NCBI GenBank assembly: GCA_965199755.1
Contig: CBDASZ010000002.1
Location: forward strand, 224,001 to 288,000
Source of the DNA: an uncultured candidatus Porisulfidus sp.
GTDB lineage: Bacteria > Pseudomonadota > Gammaproteobacteria > Poriferisulfidales > Poriferisulfidaceae
Direction: 5' to 3'
DNA length: 64,000 nt
Made by a program: the position numbers and the translations under genes. Below are positions 57,338-64,000 of the stretch, piece after piece (positions within the stretch are counted from its first letter, which is position 1; every line of letters starts with the position of its first letter). Below the pieces are notes generated by a model. That model was not told the DNA's origin. It saw only the letters and a list, made by a program, of their open reading frames with translations, and made no database searches.

Positions 57338-57796
57338 TCAGCCAATGATCACCAGCGCCTGACCATACTCGACCGGCGTGGCGTTTTCCACCAGAACCGC
57401 TTTCACCGTACCCGCGACATCCGCTTCAATCTGATTGAGCATCTTCATCGCCTCGACAATGCACAAGGTGTCGCCCACATCAACCTGATCGCCGACCTTG
57501 ACGAACGGATTGGCACCTGGAGAAGGCGAGGTGTAGAACGTCCCCACCATCGGTGATGCCACCACATGCCCTTCAGGCAGACCCTCTCCCTCCGCCGACG
57601 CTTCCGCAACCACCCCTGTCGGACTTGGCGCAGCCGCAGCGGCGGCGACCGGAGCCATCATCGGCGCGGGAGCCGGCACAGGCACGGATGAGGCCCGGCT
57701 GATGCGGACCGTGGCATCTCCTTCTGAAATTTCGATTTCCGCGACGTCTGATTCCTCCAGCAACTGGATCAGACTTTTGATTTTGCGCAAGTCCAT
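57338..57796 (-). CDS. accB: Biotin carboxyl carrier protein
   Basis: Motifs [23 protein letters not shown]. Confidence 0.98.
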   Translation of the reverse strand: MDLRKIKSLIQLLEESDVAEIEISEGDATVRISRASSVPVPAPAPMMAPVAAAAAAPSPTGVVAEASAEGEGLPEGHVVASPMVGTFYTSPSPGANPFVKVGDQVDVGDTLCIVEAMKMLNQIEADVAGTVKAVLVENATPVEYGQALVIIG

Positions 57797-57810
57797 CGTG
57801 CGCCCCTCAA

Positions 57811-58251
57811 TCAGGCGTTCAGCCGCTCGACCGCCGCCCGCAGCGCCAGCTCATAACCGAGCGCGCCAAAACCGCTCACCACCCCGACGGCGATATCGGA
57901 CAAGTAGGAGACCTGACGAAACTCCTCGCGCGCGTACACATTCGACAGATGCACCTCAATGAACGGGATCGCGACGCCAAGCAAGGCATCACGCAACGCG
58001 ATGCTGGTGTGCGTGTACGCACCCGGATTGAACAAAATAAATTCCACATGATCGGTTCGCGCCTCGTGAATGCGATCAATCAGCGCGCCTTCCGAATTGG
58101 ATTGCAGCGTCTCAATGGTACAGCCAAGATCTGCGGCCGCCGTCCCGACATCAATCATAATGTCTTCGAGCGTGTCGGTGCCATAGACTTCCGGCTCGCG
58201 CGTACCGAGCAGGTTCAGATTGGGGCCATTGAGAATGAGGATGCGCGACAC
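57811..58251 (-). CDS. aroQ: Type II 3-dehydroquinate dehydratase
   Basis: Motifs [33 protein letters not shown]. Confidence 0.98.
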   Translation of the reverse strand: MSRILILNGPNLNLLGTREPEVYGTDTLEDIMIDVGTAAADLGCTIETLQSNSEGALIDRIHEARTDHVEFILFNPGAYTHTSIALRDALLGVAIPFIEVHLSNVYAREEFRQVSYLSDIAVGVVSGFGALGYELALRAAVERLNA

Positions 58252-58360
58252 GAGCAGAAAAGGTAGCAGCAGACGCGATCAGTATAGCACAAAAAAAGAA
58301 GATAAGCGGAGTTAGGCTAATTTTGGCGGGAAATAGCGTCAGATAACTGGTAAATAAGCC

Positions 58361-60148
58361 TTATTGCGCAAATTCCAGCACTTCATTAAGTTGTTCGGCG
58401 AAGTCGTCTGCCGATATATAACTGACGGTTCGATACGCGCGCAGTTCCTCACCGTCCGCAGTATAAAACAGGATTGCCGGAGGACCAAACAGATCGAGCG
58501 ATGCCAACAGTTCCTGATCCGCCGCGTCATTGTCCGTAACATCCACCTGCAACCGTATGAAATGCTGCATGCGCTGCTGCACAAGCGGGTCGGGGAAAGT
58601 AAAGGTCTTCAGCTCCTGACAGGTCACGCACCAGTCCGCATAAAAATCCACCAGCACCGGTTGCGTCGCGGCGGCGAGTTCCTGCTGCAGATCTTCAACC
58701 GTCTTGATCGGGCGGTACGCCAGCAGTTCCTGTTCCGGCGCGGCGCTGTCCATCAGAGGTGCCAAGGGCCGCAACACACTGGTGCCACCACTGATCCCGC
58801 CGACCAGAAACACCGCGCCATAAACCAACAGCACCACGCCCACGGCCTTACCTAGCCGCAACGCACGATCGGCTTGCCGGTCCAGCGTATCCAGTGCCCG
58901 CATATAGACGCCGGTGAAAATCAGCAGCAAGCCCGCGGCAGCCAGAGTGAGTTGGCCCGGCCACACCCGGTCCAGCATCCAGATCGACAGCGCCAGCAAC
59001 AAAATGCCAAAGAAACTGCGCACGCGCGTCATCCAGGCTCCCGCGCGCGGCAGGAATCGACCCTCAAAGACACCGAACAACAACAGCGGAATGCCAAGCC
59101 CCAGCCCCATGGAGAACAAACTGACCGCGCCGCGCACGGCACCGCCCTCATGCGCGATGTGAAGCAACGCACCGACCAGAGGCGGTGAGACACAGGGACT
59201 GGCGATCAGTGCGCCGAGCGCGCCCATGATGACCGCGCCGACATAATTGCCGCCGCCGACACGCTGACTGAGTTCGTGCACGCGAGTATTCAGCACGCTG
59301 ATGAAGCGCATCTCGTAGACGCCAAACATCGACAACGCCATGGCGATCAGAATCACAACAAAGGCAGCAATAATCCACGGGTCTTGCATGTACGCCTGCA
59401 GATTGGCCCCGGTGAGTCCGATGGCCACACCCAGCACCGCGTAAGTGGAGGCCATCGCCAGCACATAAGAAAGTGACAGGCGAAACGCGCGCCCAGTACT
59501 GGTAGCACCGGCAATCACTCCGGCCAGAATCGGAATCATCGGCAGCACACAAGGCGTCAGCGCCAGCAACAAGCCAAAACCCAAAAACGCGAGGAAACTC
59601 CACCACAAGGTCGTCTGCGACAAGTCCGCGGCAATTTGATCCGAACGCGACAGCAACATGTCCGGCGACACTGAGGAAGAATCCGATACGCTCAGCAAAA
59701 CCTCTTCCGCGGACACCCACTGCAGCGCCACCGTCTTGACCTGCGGCGGGTAACACACCCCGCGCTCCGCGCAGCCCTGATAATGCGCCTGCAGCGTCAT
59801 GGTCTCGCCCGCGCCCGCAGGCAACTGCAAATCCACCGACAGACCGCCCGAATACGTGGCCACCTGACCGAACAGCGGATCATCCTTGATGGCCCCGTCC
59901 GGCAGTTCGTAATCGATTTCGCCCGCCGGATCAGTGGCGACAAACCGCATCTTGTCGCGATACAGATAGTAGCCTTCGGCGATCTGGAAGCGTGCCTGCG
60001 CACGCTGCGGCCCGCTCGCGCTCATCACCAGCACGAAGGCTTCATCCGGGTGCAGAAACTCCGACTCGTCCTCGCCAAACAAATCCACCGCCGCCGACCA
60101 TGTCGGCCACGATGCCAGCAATGCGATCAGACCGAGCCGCTTAACCAT
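58361..60148 (-). CDS. dsbD: Thiol:disulfide interchange protein DsbD
   Basis: Motifs QGCAERGVCYPP, TPCVLP, SPCVSP, YADWCVTC. Confidence 0.97.
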   Translation of the reverse strand: MVKRLGLIALLASWPTWSAAVDLFGEDESEFLHPDEAFVLVMSASGPQRAQARFQIAEGYYLYRDKMRFVATDPAGEIDYELPDGAIKDDPLFGQVATYSGGLSVDLQLPAGAGETMTLQAHYQGCAERGVCYPPQVKTVALQWVSAEEVLLSVSDSSSVSPDMLLSRSDQIAADLSQTTLWWSFLAFLGFGLLLALTPCVLPMIPILAGVIAGATSTGRAFRLSLSYVLAMASTYAVLGVAIGLTGANLQAYMQDPWIIAAFVVILIAMALSMFGVYEMRFISVLNTRVHELSQRVGGGNYVGAVIMGALGALIASPCVSPPLVGALLHIAHEGGAVRGAVSLFSMGLGLGIPLLLFGVFEGRFLPRAGAWMTRVRSFFGILLLALSIWMLDRVWPGQLTLAAAGLLLIFTGVYMRALDTLDRQADRALRLGKAVGVVLLVYGAVFLVGGISGGTSVLRPLAPLMDSAAPEQELLAYRPIKTVEDLQQELAAATQPVLVDFYADWCVTCQELKTFTFPDPLVQQRMQHFIRLQVDVTDNDAADQELLASLDLFGPPAILFYTADGEELRAYRTVSYISADDFAEQLNEVLEFAQ

Positions 60149-60453
60149 TGCAGATAGTCCGGTGCGCCATCCACGACCGGCAGCACAATCAACTCTGGTA
60201 GCTCATACGGATGCTGTTCGGGGAGCGCCTCATGCAAGCGCACGTACGCCTCGCGGGTAGTCTTGATTAACAACAGAATCTCTGGTGTATCCTCCAGTTG
60301 ATTCTCCCAAAAATAAGTGGATCGTGCTTTCATGCGGGTGACGCAGGCGGCGAATTTATGCTCCACCATCCAGGTGGATAACTGCCGCGCGCTCTCCTCG
60401 TCCGCGACGGTCGTCATCGCAACCACAGGGTCAGAATCGACAGAACTCATCAC
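60127..60453 (-). CDS. cutA: Divalent cation tolerance protein CutA
   Basis: Motifs AACV, YFWEN, LLIKT, HPYELPELI, YLQWL. Confidence 0.95.
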   Translation of the reverse strand: MMSSVDSDPVVAMTTVADEESARQLSTWMVEHKFAACVTRMKARSTYFWENQLEDTPEILLLIKTTREAYVRLHEALPEQHPYELPELIVLPVVDGAPDYLQWLSGSV

Positions 60454-60465
60454 GGCACTCCAGCG

Positions 60466-61923
60466 TCAGGGGACCACTATTTTGACGACCGCTCCAGCCG
60501 CAGGTTCCCCATTCGGGTAATCCGCATTGTACAACCGCAACATCGCCTCGGCATGCGTATCCCACTGTGCGCCCGCCGCATAATCGCTATAAGTGTCGCC
60601 CGCAACCGCCTGAATAATTTTTATACGACGCGGGCGCGCCAGCGCGCGCTCCTCATCGCGTAGAGGACGCACACTTAAAAGGCTCTCCTCAATGGCCCGC
60701 TGATGCAGGTTTCGACCCGTGCGCGATGCGCGCACCACCGTCAACAGCATTACCCCCTGCGATTGCTCCATTACAGTCAGATTCACATAGCCTTCCTCGC
60801 TCTGCACCCAGCCCTGACAAATTCGGTAGCCACCGGGATGCTGCGCCTCGCGCAAGGGCCGGCGATGCTCAAAATGTTGCCGGATAAAATCGCAGGCCGA
60901 CTGCCCCAGCAGACGCTGGTACAACATCAAACCAATCTCGGCGGTACCGTCCGGCGCACGCGCGACCAGTTGATGCACGCCGTTGTCAATGCCCCAGCCC
61001 GCCGGAAACGACATCATGTGATCGTACGGGCCGTGGTAGAAATGCCGACCGCGCACGATGCCCTGCGCCGCACTGGACCCGATCACCAGACCATCGATTT
61101 GCTGTAAGTATCGCTCCCGTTGTATTTCTTTGGCTGTGGAGGCAGCCCGGCCCGCATGTAGCGCGGCGTTCCTCATACGCTCCTCAGTATCCGGGTGCGA
61201 CGCGAACAAGTGATACAAGAAAGGCTTGTCTCTCCCGGTGCGCTGCTTTTCGACCGTTTCGTAATCCTGCATGGCGCGAAAAAAATCCAGCGCAGCCTGC
61301 GGATCGTAGCCGGCTTGCGCCATGTATTGCACCCCCAACTTGTCGGCTTCTCTCTCCGCATCCCGACTGTACCTGCTCAGGTGCATCGCAGTCAGTACAT
61401 TGCCGGCCTCTCGAACCAGTTTGCTTTCCGATGTCTTGAGAACAATGTAGCGGGCCAACTCGGCCAGTTGCTGCCGCCCTATCTGCTGCGCGATGTGCCG
61501 CGCCGTGATATGCGCGAGTTCGTGTCCGAGCACCGCGGCCAGTTCTGCCTCTGAATTGAACAGCGCCAGTATGCCGCGCGTGACATAGACGTAGCCCGGT
61601 ATGGCGAACGCATTGACGATTTCATGGTCCAGCACCGTGAACTGATAATCCAGATCCGGGCGGTGCGTGTGCGGCACGATCGACTCGCCCACCCAGGTCA
61701 CATAACGCTGCAAATCCTGATCGGGATACACCCCGAACTCGGCAATCAGCTGCTGGTGTGCCTGACGCCCTAGTTCTAGTTCCTGCTCTTCATCCACCGC
61801 CAGCCAGTCAGTCTCACCGGTGACCGGATTGACTGTGCCGCCCATGCAGGCGCACAGCGCCAGACAAGGCGTCAGCGGAAGGAGTCGGGAAAAGAAGGAG
61901 CGGCGGCCGCGATCAGCTGCCAT
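60466..61923 (-). CDS. M48 family metalloprotease lipoprotein
   Basis: Lipobox LCAC; NAFAIPG, LGHELAH, EREAD, SHP. Confidence 0.92.
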   Translation of the reverse strand: MAADRGRRSFFSRLLPLTPCLALCACMGGTVNPVTGETDWLAVDEEQELELGRQAHQQLIAEFGVYPDQDLQRYVTWVGESIVPHTHRPDLDYQFTVLDHEIVNAFAIPGYVYVTRGILALFNSEAELAAVLGHELAHITARHIAQQIGRQQLAELARYIVLKTSESKLVREAGNVLTAMHLSRYSRDAEREADKLGVQYMAQAGYDPQAALDFFRAMQDYETVEKQRTGRDKPFLYHLFASHPDTEERMRNAALHAGRAASTAKEIQRERYLQQIDGLVIGSSAAQGIVRGRHFYHGPYDHMMSFPAGWGIDNGVHQLVARAPDGTAEIGLMLYQRLLGQSACDFIRQHFEHRRPLREAQHPGGYRICQGWVQSEEGYVNLTVMEQSQGVMLLTVVRASRTGRNLHQRAIEESLLSVRPLRDEERALARPRRIKIIQAVAGDTYSDYAAGAQWDTHAEAMLRLYNADYPNGEPAAGAVVKIVVP

Positions 61924-62113
61924 AGCGCTTGCGGTACTTGTCTACCTGACGCGCGGTCTCCAGAATTTTTTGCTTGCCGGTATAGAACGGATGGCAGTTC
62001 GAGCAGATCTCCACATGCAACTCGTCCCCTTCCATGGTGGAACGGGTCTCGAAATGATTGCCACAGGCACAGGTAACCGTAACTGTGTGATAGTCGTATT
62101 GGTTGGCACGCAT
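61913..62113 (-). CDS. rpmE: 50S ribosomal protein L31 (zinc-binding type A)
   Basis: Motifs [17 protein letters not shown]. Confidence 0.96.
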   Translation of the reverse strand: MRANQYDYHTVTVTCACGNHFETRSTMEGDELHVEICSNCHPFYTGKQKILETARQVDKYRKRYGS

Positions 62114-62202
62114 GATCGGCATCGACAGGAAAAACCAGTTTTCTGGGGGCGCTATTGTAGCAAATGAGCACACCGTTCTCGAATCTGTGCGCTGTCTGCT
62201 AT

Positions 62203-62241
62203 AAGTTTACAAAAAATTATTATAATTGTCGCTGTAAACTT
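62203..62241. promoter_or_regulatory. Inverted-repeat operator flanking a TATAAT box upstream of XRE-metallopeptidase gene
   Basis: AAGTTTACA-N21-TGTAAACTT perfect 9-bp inverted repeat; TATAAT at 62221-62226. Confidence 0.55.
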
Positions 62242-62254
62242 TGGGAAATCCATT

Positions 62255-63343
62255 ATGCTCGGCGACAAATTAAGATTGGCCCGCAAAAAAATGGGCTTAT
62301 CATTGCGAGGCCTGTCAAAAAAACTGAAAGAAGAGGCCCGAGTATCTGCTCAGGCAATCGGGAAATACGAGCGGGGTGAAATGGTGCCAAGTTCCACCGT
62401 GCTCATTGCCCTGTCGCAAGCACTGGCAGAACCTGTTGATTATTTTATGAGCCCTATGGACGCCAAATTGCGTGATGTGGATTTTCGCAAGAAATCAGGC
62501 ATATCAGCGCGCGATCAAGCGCGCGTGAGATCTGCCGTTCTTGATCATGCTGAACGATATTTGGTTATTGAAAATATTTTGGAATTGAACAGTGCGACAT
62601 GGAATGCCCCATGCAAACCGGTGGCCTTGGGGAACATTGAGGATGCTGAAGTATTGGCTCAGAAGGTGCGCAGGAAATGGGACCTTGGCGGTGGTCCCAT
62701 CCCTGATATGACAGAGTTACTGGAGGAACAGGGACTCAAGGTTTTGGCTATCGGGCTCCCCGAAAAGGTTGCCGGCTTGACTTGTCTGGTCGAGCACATG
62801 GACAGCAGCATCCCAGTTCCGATGATTGCCGTGAATGCAACGCATGGTGTCGAACGACGACGTATGACGCTGGCCCACGAACTGGCTCATCGAGTCATTG
62901 ACCCTGCATCCTCAGTCAATCTGGGAAAAGCGGCAACACGCTTCGCAGGAGCATTTCTGATCCCTGCTGCACATTTGAAAAGAGAAGTTGGGAAAGACCG
63001 GCATTCTGTCAAAGGCAATGAAATAATGGCGCTGAAGCATCGCTATCGTGTAAGTGCTGTTTCGCTCCTCGTTCGCATGGAACAGGTTGGCATCATCAGA
63101 TCCTCAAAGTTGGCTTATATGATGCAAACGGAAGGCCGCGGATGGCGTACGCAAGAACCGCAGCCGATTAAAGACGATGTGACTGAAAAGGCAACACGCT
63201 TTAAACGCTTATGCTTTCGAGCACTGAATGAGGGTGAGATATCCCTTCCTAAAACCTCCGAGCTCCTGAGAACACCTGTGGTGGAAATTTGGCAGGAAAG
63301 AATGCAAAAGGGAGCTTCGGCAAGTGCGGTCTATTGTCCTTGA
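62255..63343 (+). CDS. XRE HTH + ImmA/IrrE (M78) metallopeptidase-domain protein
   Basis: N-terminal HTH (LRLARKKMGLSLRGL...IGKYERG), DFRK, RRMTLAHELAH, RFAGAFL. Confidence 0.92.
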   Translation: MLGDKLRLARKKMGLSLRGLSKKLKEEARVSAQAIGKYERGEMVPSSTVLIALSQALAEPVDYFMSPMDAKLRDVDFRKKSGISARDQARVRSAVLDHAERYLVIENILELNSATWNAPCKPVALGNIEDAEVLAQKVRRKWDLGGGPIPDMTELLEEQGLKVLAIGLPEKVAGLTCLVEHMDSSIPVPMIAVNATHGVERRRMTLAHELAHRVIDPASSVNLGKAATRFAGAFLIPAAHLKREVGKDRHSVKGNEIMALKHRYRVSAVSLLVRMEQVGIIRSSKLAYMMQTEGRGWRTQEPQPIKDDVTEKATRFKRLCFRALNEGEISLPKTSELLRTPVVEIWQERMQKGASASAVYCP

Positions 63344-63764
63344 CACTTCCATTCTTATTGATCTGGAGAAAACCGGGTCTTTAGAGAACATCTTCGGCCT
63401 GCCCTACGACTTCACCGCTGCTGATGTAATGTTTCGTAATGAATTACTGTATATGAAGGGCTATAGGAAGGACAGTCTTCTGGCACTAGGATTGCGATTG
63501 GTCAGGCTGGACAGCCACGAAGCCAAAGCGGCAATATTGGGACACGTAAAAATCTACCGGCAACTCACCTCTAACGATGCCTATGCCTCAGAGTTTGCAA
63601 GAACTTACAACTGCATACTACTCACGGGAGACAAAAAACTCCGGCAGGCAGCAAATGAAGAAGGCGTTGAGGTACACGGCCATTTCTGGCTTGTAGAAGA
63701 TCTGGAAGAGCGGATTCAAAAACTTGAGCGCAATCTGCTCGAACCATATCCCATGGGAATGTAA
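63324..63764 (+). CDS. PIN-domain nuclease (putative toxin)
   Basis: Motifs IVLDTSILID, LTSND, LLTGDKKLR, VEVHG; overlaps the XRE-peptidase gene. Confidence 0.85.
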   Translation: MRSIVLDTSILIDLEKTGSLENIFGLPYDFTAADVMFRNELLYMKGYRKDSLLALGLRLVRLDSHEAKAAILGHVKIYRQLTSNDAYASEFARTYNCILLTGDKKLRQAANEEGVEVHGHFWLVEDLEERIQKLERNLLEPYPMGM

Positions 63765-63794
63765 CTCTAATAAATGCAACTCTAAAGCCTGTGA

Positions 63795-64000
63795 CTAAAC
63801 GGAATGCGCATGCTCCTGAAGTGACTCGGTAGGCAGAAACATCTCACATAAATCATTGAGGTGCCGCCATCCCAACTCACTGGCGCGCAACCCGTACCCC
63901 TCCTCTAAGATCAGACCCGCTACCCGCGCATGCTCCAGCGCCGATTCGGCCATCTCCTTTGATTGCCCGGTGCGCTCCTCGAACAAGTCCCAGGTCGCCC
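63795..64000 (-). CDS. hemW: Radical SAM heme chaperone HemW, 3' end (partial)
   Basis: FEERTG...LRASELGWRHLNDLCEMFL resembles the HemN_C-type C-terminus. Confidence 0.75.
   Translation of the reverse strand, partial: ATWDLFEERTGQSKEMAESALEHARVAGLILEEGYGLRASELGWRHLNDLCEMFLPTESLQEHAHSV

Noticed and set aside
56222-57556. Long alternative ORFs (444 aa here; also 52059-53009, 21562-22416, 2291-3322, 24162-25007)
   Set aside because: Antisense or off-frame shadows of well-supported genes in high-GC DNA; no motifs.
1-64000. CRISPR arrays, rRNA, canonical tRNAs, prophage, integrase
   Set aside because: No regularly spaced repeats, complete cloverleafs, or phage or recombinase genes were recognised by eye. 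Short elements could have been missed.

Overview
This is a chromosomal segment of a high-GC gammaproteobacterium, made up mostly of housekeeping genes: nusA/rimP, msrB, ampD, PPi-type pfk, cmoAB, petABC-sspAB, rplY-pth-ychF, smpB, dnaQ-rnhA, pdxH, grxD, rnt, argG, mlaA, ubiJ, dxs, slyD, accBC-aroQ, dsbD-cutA, rpmE and the end of hemW. Accessory blocks are interspersed. (1) 16.5-25.6 kb: an 11-gene, translationally coupled type IV filament operon. Its core resembles ICE/plasmid type IVb 'thin pilus' systems (PilL, lipoprotein secretin, ATPase, platform protein, PilV-like tip), but its pilins have type IVa-like short leaders. The window shows no prepilin peptidase, conjugation genes, integrase or shufflon. 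(2) 41.9-50.1 kb: a visibly AT-richer island of decaying LPS-modification and defence genes. Two units remain intact: an unusual fusion of an archaeal-type CTP-dependent riboflavin-kinase-like domain to a GT4 glycosyltransferase, and an McrBC-like pair. (3) An XRE-ImmA/IrrE metallopeptidase plus PIN nuclease module between rpmE and hemW. (4) The aerobic rubrerythrin / Fe-S oxidoreductase / DUF3501 cluster with an Irr-like operator. Small remnants include an ISL3 transposase, a C5 DNA methyltransferase N-terminus and GmrSD. No rRNA, canonical tRNA or CRISPR array was seen. All family assignments come from motif recognition by eye, with no database searches run.
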